Source of the DNA: an uncultured Actinomycetes bacterium
Lineage (GTDB): Bacteria; Actinomycetota; UBA4738; HRBIN12
Assembly (NCBI GenBank): GCA_963704725.1
Contig: OY969934.1
Location: 96,001-160,000, forward strand
Length of the DNA: 64,000 bases
Direction: 5' to 3'
Shown: positions 50,236 to 59,023 of the stretch, one piece after another
Numbering within the stretch: the first letter of the stretch is position 1
Layout of the letters: every line of letters begins with the position of its first letter
The notes under the pieces: model-generated
Database searches by the model: none
What the model saw: the letters and a program-made list of their open reading frames with translations, nothing else
Told to the model about the DNA's origin: nothing
Position numbers and translations under genes: made by a program

Positions 50236-52683
50236 ATGTCGGAGAATCTCTTTCAGGGACGGATCGAGGACGTCCAGCTCGAGGACCAGATCCAGACCTC
50301 GTACCTCGACTACTCGATGTCCGTCATCGTCGGGCGCGCTCTGCCCGACGTCCGCGACGGATTGAAGCCCGTCCACCGCCGGATCCTGTGGTCGATGCTC
50401 GAGGGCGGCCTGCGCCCGGACCGCCCCCACCGCAAGTCGGCCTGGGCGGTCGGCGAGGTCGTGAAGAAGTACCACCCACACGGGCTCGAGGCCGTGTACG
50501 ACTCGTTGGTGCGGATGGCGCAGGACTTCTCGCTCCGGCATCCGCTGGTGGACCCGCACGGCAACTTCGGCTCGGTCGACGGCGACCCGCCTGCGGCCAT
50601 GCGGTATACCGAGGCGCGCCTGGCGCCCATCGCGCTCGAGCTCCTGCGCGACATCGACGCCGAGACGGTCGACTTCGTCCCCAACTACGACGGCTACGAG
50701 CAGCAGCCCACGGTGCTGCCGTCGCGCTTCCCCAACCTGCTCGTGAACGGCTCCGGCGGGATCGCCGTCGGCATGGCCACGAACATCCCCCCGCACAACC
50801 TCGGCGAGGTGATCGACGGCGTCGTGCACTTCATCGACCATCCCGAAGCCACGCCGGCGGACCTCATGAAGTTCATCAAGGGTCCGGACTTCCCGACCGG
50901 CGGCATCGTGATGGGCCGGGACGGGATCAAGGACGCCTTCGAGACCGGCCGAGGCTCCGTCAAGGTGCGGGCGGTGTGCACGATCGAGGAGTCCGCACGC
51001 GGGACCCAGCAGATCGTCGTGACCGAGCTGCCGTACCAGGTGAACAAGGCGCGGCTCGCGGCCAAGATCGCCGAGCTCTTCCACGCCGGTCGGGTGAAGG
51101 ACATCGCGAACATCAGCGACCATTCGAGCGGCCGCAACGGCATGCGGCTCGTGATCTCGTTGAAGCGGGGCGCCAACCCCCAGGTGGTCCTGAACCAGCT
51201 CTACAAGCACACCCAGCTGCAGGACAACTTCGGCGTCATCATGCTCTCGCTCGTCGACGGAGTCCCCCGGACGCTGAACCTGGCGGAGATGGTCGGGTAC
51301 TACGTCGACCACCAGGTCGACGTCGTGACCCGGCGCACGCGCTACCAGCTGAGGCGCGCCGAGGAGCGCGACCACATCGTCCTGGGGCTGCTGATCGCCC
51401 TGGACAACCTCGACGCCGTGATCCGGGTCATCCGCGGGTCGCAGGACGCCGAGGAGGCCCGGACCAAGCTGATGAAGCAGTTCAAGCTCAGCGAGATCCA
51501 GGCCAACCACATCCTGGACATGCCGCTGCGCCGCCTGACGAGGCTGGCGCGCGCCGAGCTCGACCAGGAGCACAAGGAGCTCCTGGCTCGGATCCGGTAC
51601 CTGAAGGGGCTGCTCCGCGACCCCAAGAAGATCCGCGGCGTCATCAAGGAGGAGCTCCTCGAGATCAAGCAGAGGTACGCGAACCCCCGTCGCTCCCAGC
51701 TCAAGGCGGACGAGGGCGAGCTCGACGTCGAGGATCTCATCGCCGAGGAGGACGTGGTCATCACGGTCAGCCGCGCCGGCTACGTGAAGCGCCAGCCGAT
51801 CGAGAACTTCCGGCGGCAGGGTCGGGGGGGCAAGGGCGTTCGGGGACAGAACCTGAAGGAGGAGGACGTCGTCCGCGGCGTCTTCACGACGACGACCCAC
51901 CACTGGCTGCTCTTCTTCACGAGCAAGGGCAAGGTGTACCGGGTCAAGGTCCACGAGGTCCCTGAGGCCTCGCGCACCGCGCGAGGGACCTACGCCGCCA
52001 ACCTTCCCGGCGTGGCGATCTCGGGCGACGAGCGCGTCCAGGCCGTCATCGACCTCAAGGAGTACGAGGACGGCCGGTACCTGCTCTTCGCCACGCGCAA
52101 GGGCATGGTCAAGAAGACCACGCTGCCCGAGTACGACTCGCCGCGCACGGGGTTGGCGGCGATCAACCTCCACCCGGGCGACGAGCTCATCGACGTCCGC
52201 CTGACCGACGGCAAGGACGACGTCCTCCTGATCTCGCGGAAGGGACAGACGATCCGGTTCCGCGAGGGCGCGGTTCGTCCCATGGGGCGCCAGACGGCCG
52301 GCGTGATCGGGATGCGGCTGGCCGAGGACGACGAGGTCATCGCGCTCGGCATCGCGTCCGAGGGCGAGGAGGTCATCAGCGTCACGCACCAGGGGTACGG
52401 CAAGCGGACGCCGTTGAGGGACTACCCGGTCAAGGGCCGCAGCGGCAAGGGCGTGATCGGTCACACGCTGACGCGCAAGACCGGGCTGCTGGCCGGGGCG
52501 TTCGTCGGCTCCAAGGACCAGGACATGTTCGTGATCTCCTCGTCGGGGATCGTGATCCGCGTGGCGGCCGGCGACATCCGCCGGGTGGGACGGGCCTCTC
52601 AGGGCGTGCGGACGATGCGCGTCGAGGAGGGCGCCACCGTCGTGGCGCTCGCGCCCGTCATCGCGCAGGCCGAGGAGGAGTAG
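50236..52683 (+). CDS. gyrA: DNA gyrase subunit A
   Basis: [19 protein letters not shown], GyrA-box QGRGGKG. Confidence 0.97.
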   Translation: MSENLFQGRIEDVQLEDQIQTSYLDYSMSVIVGRALPDVRDGLKPVHRRILWSMLEGGLRPDRPHRKSAWAVGEVVKKYHPHGLEAVYDSLVRMAQDFSLRHPLVDPHGNFGSVDGDPPAAMRYTEARLAPIALELLRDIDAETVDFVPNYDGYEQQPTVLPSRFPNLLVNGSGGIAVGMATNIPPHNLGEVIDGVVHFIDHPEATPADLMKFIKGPDFPTGGIVMGRDGIKDAFETGRGSVKVRAVCTIEESARGTQQIVVTELPYQVNKARLAAKIAELFHAGRVKDIANISDHSSGRNGMRLVISLKRGANPQVVLNQLYKHTQLQDNFGVIMLSLVDGVPRTLNLAEMVGYYVDHQVDVVTRRTRYQLRRAEERDHIVLGLLIALDNLDAVIRVIRGSQDAEEARTKLMKQFKLSEIQANHILDMPLRRLTRLARAELDQEHKELLARIRYLKGLLRDPKKIRGVIKEELLEIKQRYANPRRSQLKADEGELDVEDLIAEEDVVITVSRAGYVKRQPIENFRRQGRGGKGVRGQNLKEEDVVRGVFTTTTHHWLLFFTSKGKVYRVKVHEVPEASRTARGTYAANLPGVAISGDERVQAVIDLKEYEDGRYLLFATRKGMVKKTTLPEYDSPRTGLAAINLHPGDELIDVRLTDGKDDVLLISRKGQTIRFREGAVRPMGRQTAGVIGMRLAEDDEVIALGIASEGEEVISVTHQGYGKRTPLRDYPVKGRSGKGVIGHTLTRKTGLLAGAFVGSKDQDMFVISSSGIVIRVAAGDIRRVGRASQGVRTMRVEEGATVVALAPVIAQAEEE

Positions 52684-53896
52684 CCGCCCCACCCTCCTCG
52701 GGCAGCGGGACGTGGCGGAAGGCCCGGAACAGCAGCAGGTCGTAGACCACCTTCAGCGTGCCCGCGATCACGAACGGCGCGCCGAGCGCCACCCGCTCCA
52801 TCACCACGCCTGCGCTCGCGGCGCCGAAGGGTCGCGCCACGTATCGGGCGGTGTTGGTGTACGCCGCGGCCGCGACGCGCTCCTGCGGATCGACCATCGA
52901 CACGACGTAGGCCTGCCGTGCGGGGACGTCCATCTGCGACAGGATCGAGCGCAGCAGCAGCATGGCGACGGCCGTTCCCAGCCCCGGCATGGCGGGGATC
53001 AGCGCGAGGAAGACGTTCGACGGCAGGTGGGTGAACACCATGGTGTTCAGCAGACCGATCCGGCCCGCGAGCCTCCCGGAGGCGATCGAGGATCCGGCCT
53101 GCAGGAGCCCCACGGCGAACAGGACGACCCCCATCGTCGCCGCGGTCGCGCCGAACCTTCGGGAGAACCAGAACGCGACGAACGTCGTCACCACGAACCC
53201 ACCCGCTCCCGCGTCCAGCCCGAAGAGGACGGCGAGCCGGGCGACGGTCGTTCGCGAGCGTTGCAGCGGGCGCCCGGGCGTGGTCGAGCCGTGCTCGACG
53301 GCGCTCGACAGGCGCCTCGCGATCGCCACGCAGGCCGCGGCGGCGAGGGGGAACACGAGCAGCCATCGCTGGTTCGGAGGGATCCACGGCAGCGACCGGC
53401 GGAGCAGGGCCGGCCCCCCGCCGGCGAGAGCACCGCACGCCCCGGCGACGTACGCCACGGCGTTGTACCTCCCGAACACCCTGGCACGGAGCGCCGGCGG
53501 CGAGCCCCCCATCATCGCCTGCTCGATCGACGTGATGGGACCGGACTCGTTCGGGTCGGTGGAGAGCGTCCCGCTGAGGGCCACGGCCATGAGCACCGGA
53601 AGGGCGTCGGCGTACGCGTAGACGAGCCCGGCGGCGCCCATCACGGCGAGGAGCAGGGCGTAGAGGTGCCGGCGCCCCGTGCGATCCGCGACGCTCCCCA
53701 CCGCCACCGAGACGAGCGCGTTGCCGGCGAGCATCGAGGTGAACACGAGCCCGACCTGTGTATCGGACAGCCCGCCGTCCGCGAGGGAGGTGCCCAGGAT
53801 CACGCTCGCGAAGCCGTACACGAAGGCGCGGATGGCCTGCACGGCCAGGATCGCGCGCAGGTCGTGCTCGGTGGCATCGGAGCCGCTCGGTCGCAT
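52658..53896 (-). CDS. MFS transporter
   Basis: ADRTGRR motif A, MVFTHLPSN, SQMDVPARQAY; convergent with gyrA and overlapping its 3' end. Confidence 0.85.
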   Translation of the reverse strand: MRPSGSDATEHDLRAILAVQAIRAFVYGFASVILGTSLADGGLSDTQVGLVFTSMLAGNALVSVAVGSVADRTGRRHLYALLLAVMGAAGLVYAYADALPVLMAVALSGTLSTDPNESGPITSIEQAMMGGSPPALRARVFGRYNAVAYVAGACGALAGGGPALLRRSLPWIPPNQRWLLVFPLAAAACVAIARRLSSAVEHGSTTPGRPLQRSRTTVARLAVLFGLDAGAGGFVVTTFVAFWFSRRFGATAATMGVVLFAVGLLQAGSSIASGRLAGRIGLLNTMVFTHLPSNVFLALIPAMPGLGTAVAMLLLRSILSQMDVPARQAYVVSMVDPQERVAAAAYTNTARYVARPFGAASAGVVMERVALGAPFVIAGTLKVVYDLLLFRAFRHVPLPEEGGAATPPRPAR

Positions 53897-53918
53897 CAGC
53901 CTCGGCGATAATCCCATC

Positions 53919-54170
53919 GTGGGCGAGGGGATCGCGCTGATCGGCGGGGGAACCGTGCTCGGACTCGGCGTCGCTCTGTTGGCTTGGCGGCGCCTGTCCC
54001 CGGCGCTTGCCCTCGGCATGCTCGCCGCGGCCGGGGCGATCGTCGGCTCGGGCGCCCTGCTGGTCCAGGATCGGGCGAGCGGGGCCGATTGGGCCCTCAC
54101 GCTGGTGATGCTGGGAGGACTCACCCCGCTGCACGCGTGGCTGCTGTTCGGCCGCTCGCGAGAGCCCTGA
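53919..54170 (+). CDS. Small hypothetical membrane protein (83 aa)
   Basis: Three hydrophobic segments; GATAAT 6 nt before GTG. Confidence 0.6.
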   Translation: MGEGIALIGGGTVLGLGVALLAWRRLSPALALGMLAAAGAIVGSGALLVQDRASGADWALTLVMLGGLTPLHAWLLFGRSREP

Positions 54171-54225
54171 TCAGCCGGGCATGGTTGCCGTGGCCTCCGC
54201 CGCCGCGTAGAAATGGGCGGAACCG

Positions 54226-54684
54226 ATGAGCGAGCCGGCAGGTCCGATCCCCGTGGCCACCACCCAGACGCGCCCGCGCGTCGAGGCCGACGCGCCGCAG
54301 AAGGCGCCGAAGCCCAAGCGCTTGCGCCGCCCGAAGGCTCGTCAGGCTCGGGTCGTCATCCGCAAGGTGGGCCCGTGGTCGGTGCTGAAGCTCTCGTTCC
54401 TGTTCTACCTCTGCGTCATGGTGGTGATCCTCGGCGCGCTGGTGATCCTGTACGGCGTGCTCGACGCGATCGGCGCCCTGAAGTCGGTGACGGACCTGAT
54501 CCGGGACCTGTTCGCGGACCAGCAGTTCGTCATCCACGGCGACTGGCTCTTCACGCGCGCGGTCCTGATCGGGCTGGCCATGGTCGTCATCTGGTCGCTC
54601 ATCAACGTGTTCGTCGCGTTCCTGTACAACCTGATCTCCGACATCGTCGGCGGAGTGGAGGTCACGCTCTCCGAGCGGCGGTGA
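54226..54684 (+). CDS. DUF3566-domain membrane protein
   Basis: PWSVLKLS...FLYNLISDIVGGVEVTL; actinobacterial position after gyrA. Confidence 0.9.
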   Translation: MSEPAGPIPVATTQTRPRVEADAPQKAPKPKRLRRPKARQARVVIRKVGPWSVLKLSFLFYLCVMVVILGALVILYGVLDAIGALKSVTDLIRDLFADQQFVIHGDWLFTRAVLIGLAMVVIWSLINVFVAFLYNLISDIVGGVEVTLSERR

Positions 54685-54708
54685 CGTTTGTGCTGCTCAT
54701 CGACGTGA

Positions 54709-54738
54709 TTGACACGGTTTCGAGGGCGCGCGTACGCT
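54709..54738 (+). promoter_or_regulatory. Housekeeping-sigma promoter of tRNA-Ile
   Basis: TTGACA-18 nt-TACGCT. Confidence 0.7.
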
Positions 54739-54778
54739 TGGCCGCGGGCCGGGTCGATGGCCCCCGCGGTTTCGTTCC

Positions 54779-54853
54779 GGGCCTGTAGCTCAGCTCGGTT
54801 AGAGCGCATCCCTGATAAGGATGAGGTCGTTGGTTCAAGTCCAACCAGGCCCA
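54779..54853 (+). tRNA. tRNA-Ile (GAT), CCA not encoded
   Basis: Acceptor stem GGGCCTG/CAGGCCC; anticodon arm CATCC-CTGATAA-GGATG; T-loop TTCAAGT. Confidence 0.97.
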
Positions 54854-54875
54854 CGCTGAGAAGAGGAGGGCGGCC

Positions 54876-55049
54876 ATGGCCGAGGACACTGCAGAGGGCA
54901 AGAAGAAGCGAGGGTTCTTCGGCAGACTCATGCGGTTCGCGTTCATCGCGGCGATCGTCGGCGCGGTCGTCGCCGTGTTCAAACGCCGGCGCGGCAAGGA
55001 TCTCGAAGAGGACGAGTGGCAGGAGATCCCGCCACCAGCGGGCGGCTGA
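54876..55049 (+). CDS. Small membrane protein (57 aa), DLW-39-like position
   Basis: GAGGAGG RBS; MAEDTAEGKKKRGFFGRLMRFAFIAAIVGAVVAVFKRRRGKDLEEDEWQEIPPPAGG; absent from the ORF track. Confidence 0.75.
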   Translation: MAEDTAEGKKKRGFFGRLMRFAFIAAIVGAVVAVFKRRRGKDLEEDEWQEIPPPAGG

Positions 55050-55071
55050 CCGACTGAGTCTCCGGATCCAC

Positions 55072-55101
55072 CCGAGGGCCCGTGGCGACACGGGCTCTCG
55101 G
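55072..55101 (+). terminator. Hairpin ending the tRNA/small-protein transcript
   Basis: 13-bp stem with GCGA tetraloop. Confidence 0.6.
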
Positions 55102-55136
55102 CATGTTCCGACCCGTCCGGCGTTAGGCTCGCGGCC

Positions 55137-55961
55137 GTGAGCAGCGAAGCCTGGGCGCTCGCCAACCGGGCCGCCGCCGTTGCCGGCGTGACCCTGCGTG
55201 CCCTGTCCTCCCTGGAGGACGCCGATCGCATCGCGGGCGTCCTCGTCGCGACGTGGGGGGAGGAGCAGGTCGTGCCCCGCGAGATGCTCCGTGCCCTCGC
55301 CGAGAGCGGGAACGAGCCGTACGGAGCGTTCGCCGGTGAGGAGCTCGTCGGGTACGTCCTGGGCTGGGCGGGGGTGGACCCGGGAGAAGGCGTCCACGTC
55401 CACTCGCACATGCTCGCGGCGCTCCCGGCGTGCCGGCACCGAGGCGTGGGGTACGCGCTGAAGCTCGCCCAGCGAGCCCAGGCCCTCGAGCGAGGGATCC
55501 GCACCGTTCGGTGGACCTTCGACCCGCTCGTGGCGCGCAACGCCTACTTCAACCTGAGCAAGCTGGGCGCCGTCGCGGATCGGCTGGAGCGGAGCTTCTA
55601 CGGAGAGATGACCGACTCGGTCAACCGCGGCGACCGAAGCGACCGGCTCGTCGTGCGCTGGGACCTGGAGCGGGAGCCGGGATCTCGGGCGACCGGCGCG
55701 CCGGGATTCCAGGACGCGATCTCGATCGGACGGGAAGGCCCGCATCGCTCGGATCCCTCGGTCGACGGTGCCGCTCGCGTCTTCGTGCAGATCCCTGAGG
55801 AATACCACGCCCTGCGCGAGGCGGACCCGTCGGCCGCGGGCCGCTGGCGGGACGTGGTGGCCGAAGCCCTCGAGGCGTGCTTCGGCGCCGGCCTGCACGC
55901 GACGGGATTCCGTCGCACCGAGGCCGTGAGCGGCTACCTCATGACCCGAGACGCGTCGTGA
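55137..55961 (+). CDS. GNAT-family acyltransferase (putative D-amino acid N-succinyltransferase)
   Basis: HSHML, LKLAQR, WTFDPL..RNAYFNL.KLG; coupled to an NSAR/OSBS gene. Confidence 0.8.
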   Translation: MSSEAWALANRAAAVAGVTLRALSSLEDADRIAGVLVATWGEEQVVPREMLRALAESGNEPYGAFAGEELVGYVLGWAGVDPGEGVHVHSHMLAALPACRHRGVGYALKLAQRAQALERGIRTVRWTFDPLVARNAYFNLSKLGAVADRLERSFYGEMTDSVNRGDRSDRLVVRWDLEREPGSRATGAPGFQDAISIGREGPHRSDPSVDGAARVFVQIPEEYHALREADPSAAGRWRDVVAEALEACFGAGLHATGFRRTEAVSGYLMTRDAS

Positions 55962-57070
55962 CGAGAGTCCGGTCGGTCGAGCTGCGGTTGGTCGGCCTCC
56001 CGCTCGTCCGTCCCTTCCGGACGAGCTTCGGCGAGATGACGCGCAAGGAGTGCGTCCTCGCGCGCGTGGAGACCGACGCGGCGGTCGGCTGGGGCGAGTG
56101 CGTCGCCGGGGTCGAGCCGGACTTCTCCGGCGAATGGAACGAGGGAGCCTGGCTCGTGCTGCGCGACTTCCTGATCCCCGCCCTGTTCGGCGCGGGGGAC
56201 GTTTCGCCGCACGATCTGGGGCCGGCGTTCGCGTTCGTGCGAGGTCACCCGATGGCCAAGGCGACCCTCGTCGACGCCTTCCTCGACGCGGCGTTGCGGG
56301 CCGAGGGCCGTTCCCTCGCGACGTTCCTCGGCGCCGAACGGGAGCGCGTGACGTGCGGCGTGTCGGTGGGCATCGCGCCGACGACGGAGCGGCTGCTCGA
56401 GCAGGTGGGTGGCTACCTCGCCGAGGGCTATCGCCGGATCAAGCTGAAGATCGAGCCCGGCACCGACGTCGAGCGCGTCCGCGCCGTCCGCGAGGCCCAC
56501 CCCGGCATCGTGCTCTCGGTCGACGCGAACGCCGCGTACACGCTGGAGGACGTGAAGGTCTTCCGGGACCTCGACGAGCTCGACCTGCTCATGGTGGAGC
56601 AGCCGCTCCACCATGAGGATCTGGTGCAGCACGCGAAGTTGCAGTCCGAGATCGAGACCGCGGTGTGCCTCGATGAGTCGATCCGCTCGCCGGCCGACGC
56701 CGCCGCCGCGATCGAGCTGGGCGCCTGCCGGATCGTCAACGTGAAGCAGGGGAGGGTGGGCGGCGTGCTCGAGGCCAGGCGTGTGCACGATGTGTGTGCG
56801 TCGCAGGGGGTGCCGGTGTGGTGCGGGGGCATGCTGGAGACCGGGATCGGTCGCGCCACGAACGTGGCGCTCTCGGCCATGCCGGGCTTCACGCTGCCCG
56901 GGGACACCAGCGCGAGCGCGCGGTACTTCCCCGAGGACCTCACGACGCCGTTCGAGCTCTCGCCGGACGGGACGATGGCGGTGCCCGGCGGTCCGGGCAT
57001 CGGGGTGGATCCGATCCCGGAGCGTCTCGAGGCCTGCACCCTGCGGCTCGAGCGGTTGGAGAAAGAGTGA
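55958..57070 (+). CDS. menC: o-succinylbenzoate synthase / N-succinylamino acid racemase (enolase superfamily)
   Basis: PFRTSFG, RIKLKIEP, VDANAAY, EQP, LDESI, WCGGMLETGIGR, GDTSAS. Confidence 0.88.
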   Translation: MTRVRSVELRLVGLPLVRPFRTSFGEMTRKECVLARVETDAAVGWGECVAGVEPDFSGEWNEGAWLVLRDFLIPALFGAGDVSPHDLGPAFAFVRGHPMAKATLVDAFLDAALRAEGRSLATFLGAERERVTCGVSVGIAPTTERLLEQVGGYLAEGYRRIKLKIEPGTDVERVRAVREAHPGIVLSVDANAAYTLEDVKVFRDLDELDLLMVEQPLHHEDLVQHAKLQSEIETAVCLDESIRSPADAAAAIELGACRIVNVKQGRVGGVLEARRVHDVCASQGVPVWCGGMLETGIGRATNVALSAMPGFTLPGDTSASARYFPEDLTTPFELSPDGTMAVPGGPGIGVDPIPERLEACTLRLERLEKE

Positions 57071-57126
57071 CAAAAGCGCGGGGTCCGGCTTGACCGCGGC
57101 CGGCGCGAGCCCGTACTGTGCGCGAT

Positions 57127-57164
57127 GAGAGACCGCTGCGACCCTCGGGTTGCGGCGGTTTCTC
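57127..57164 (+). terminator. 17-bp hairpin (terminator or part of a structured leader)
   Basis: GAGAGACCGCTGCGACC-ctcg-GGTTGCGGCGGTTTCTC with 3 G-U pairs, favouring the plus strand. Confidence 0.55.
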
Positions 57165-57287
57165 GCATCTGGGGTGCAATCCAACGGTTCCCGTCTCCGC
57201 GGCACATCCGGCGCCGAATGACCGCGTCGGCGTGCCCGGCCGTCCTAGACTGCGCAAGGCACGCGCGTGAACGATGAGGGGCGGTCC

Positions 57288-57983
57288 ATGAGGAAACGGG
57301 TCATCCGGGCGGGCGAGATCGAGATCGAGGACTCGGAGGGCAGGGTCCGCGCCCGCTTCGGGGTGACGAACGAGGACCTCCCGTTCCTGTCGTTCTACGG
57401 AGCGGACGAGAAGCTCCGGGCCCGGTACGGCGTCCAGCCGGACGGCTCGGCCGGGCTCGCCATCGCCGACGAGGAGGGAAAGGTCCGAGCCACCTTCGGG
57501 CTCTTCTCGGACGGCTCGGCCAGCATGGCGATGGTGGACCGCAACGGGAAGGTGCGTGCCAAGTTCGGCCTGGGCTCCGAGGGCTCGCCGACGCTGGCGC
57601 TGCGGAACAAGGACGGTGAGCTCGGCTTCGTGTACTCGCTTGCCCAGCAAGGGTCTCCGACGATCTCGCTGCAGGACGAGGACGGGAAGGTGCGCGCCCG
57701 GCTCGGCCTGGCGGCGGAGGGATCTCCGATCCTGCGGCTCCTGAACAAGGACGGCGAGCTCCGCGCCATCATGGGGCTCACCGGCGACGGCGCACCGGTC
57801 CTGCAGTTCCTCGGCAAGGACGGGGACCCCACGTGGACCGCCCCGAGCTCGTTCGCGGGCCCGGCCTCCGACGAGGGACCCGCCGCCAAGACCGGACGAT
57901 CGTCGAGGAAGGATCCCGTCACCGAGGATGCCCCCGCCGCGTCACCAGCCCCGGCCGAGCCGGAGGCCTCGGAGGGGAGCTGA
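57288..57983 (+). CDS. Hypothetical tandem-repeat protein (about 7.5 x 23-aa repeats)
   Basis: Consensus LxLxDxDGKxRAxFGLxxDGSPx; acidic/Pro tail. Confidence 0.8.
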   Translation: MRKRVIRAGEIEIEDSEGRVRARFGVTNEDLPFLSFYGADEKLRARYGVQPDGSAGLAIADEEGKVRATFGLFSDGSASMAMVDRNGKVRAKFGLGSEGSPTLALRNKDGELGFVYSLAQQGSPTISLQDEDGKVRARLGLAAEGSPILRLLNKDGELRAIMGLTGDGAPVLQFLGKDGDPTWTAPSSFAGPASDEGPAAKTGRSSRKDPVTEDAPAASPAPAEPEASEGS

Positions 57984-57989
57984 AGCCGC

Positions 57990-58499
57990 CTGACGGGGTG
58001 GTGGGTCGCGGCCTTCGTCGTGCAGTGGATCCTGCTCGCGGTGCTCACCGTCGTCGTGGTGGCGCTGGCGCGGCAGATCGGCGTGCTGCACCTGCGGCTG
58101 GACCCGCTGGGGGCGCTCGAGGTGGACGACGAGGGCCCCCCGATCGGTGAGGCGCCGCCCGAACGCACCTCGCGGACCCGCGACGGCACGCCGGTGCTCG
58201 TTGGGGGACCGGGGCCGATGCGGCTCCTGGCCTTCGTCTCCGAGACGTGCCCCATCTGCGAGCGTGTGCTGCCCTCGCTGCCCGCGGCCGCCGCCGCCGC
58301 CGGGCTGATCCCCCAGGTGGTGTCGGACCCCGAGCTCGAGGCGGTCTACCGGGTGCCGGGCGTGCCGTTCCTGGTCGTGTTGGACGAGCTCGGCGTGGTG
58401 CGCTCGAAGGGGACCGTCAACTCGCTCGAGCAGATCGAGGGCCTCGTCGACACAGCGCGGCGGCGCATCGACGACGACGCGCGGGTTCGGACCGGCTGA
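57990..58499 (+). CDS. MauD-like membrane-anchored thioredoxin-fold protein (probable CTG start; first canonical start GTG 58020)
   Basis: TM helix, LARQIGVLHxRL.P.GAL, GPPIGE, CPIC, GVPF (cis-Pro), KGTVNS - the MauD motif pattern. Confidence 0.8.
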   Translation: MTGWWVAAFVVQWILLAVLTVVVVALARQIGVLHLRLDPLGALEVDDEGPPIGEAPPERTSRTRDGTPVLVGGPGPMRLLAFVSETCPICERVLPSLPAAAAAAGLIPQVVSDPELEAVYRVPGVPFLVVLDELGVVRSKGTVNSLEQIEGLVDTARRRIDDDARVRTG

Positions 58500-59023
58500 T
58501 GGGAGCGGTGGCCCGTGCGGAGACCGAGCTCGCCCGCCGGACGAGCCGGCGATCGTTCCTGGGGAAGGTGGGACGCGCCGTCGTCGCGCTCGCCGGCGGG
58601 CCCATGGTCGCGGTAGCGCTGGCGCCGGAGCGGGCCGAGGCCAACCACATCTGCGGGCACACGTACACGACGGGCTCCTGTCCCCACCCGTACGCGCCGC
58701 TCTCGCGGACCGACGCCTACGGCTTCCCGATCCATCCGCACTTCGGCTACCCGGTCGACGACAACGGCTTCATCTACCTCTCCTCGCGACAGCCGCGCCG
58801 CAAGGTGTGCCAGACCGTGGTGCCCGAGCACTACCCGTTCGTCCATCACCCCCGATACGGCGGTGGATGGAGCCGATGCTGCAACGGCCGGGTCCGTCAC
58901 ATCCAGGACTGCTGCTCGTCATCGCGGACGCGGATCAACGGCGACGGCTCGGTCCGGGGGTACTGCGCCCGGAGCCTCCGCGTGTTCTGCATCACGTACC
59001 GTGAGCTGGACGTCCGGTGCTGA
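58499..59023 (+). CDS. Tat-exported Cys-rich protein, distantly MauA (MADH light chain)-like
   Basis: SRRSFLG Tat motif, AEA cleavage site, 10 Cys, W..CC...DCC...YC...C pattern; TGATG coupling to the mauD-like gene. Confidence 0.75.
   Translation: MGAVARAETELARRTSRRSFLGKVGRAVVALAGGPMVAVALAPERAEANHICGHTYTTGSCPHPYAPLSRTDAYGFPIHPHFGYPVDDNGFIYLSSRQPRRKVCQTVVPEHYPFVHHPRYGGGWSRCCNGRVRHIQDCCSSSRTRINGDGSVRGYCARSLRVFCITYRELDVRC

Noticed and set aside
57981-57983. TGA of the repeat protein is in frame with the mauD-like gene (possible second Sec readthrough or fusion)
   Set aside because: It follows a low-complexity tail, is not in a Cys-type motif and has no convincing hairpin; an SD plus CTG start explains the arrangement
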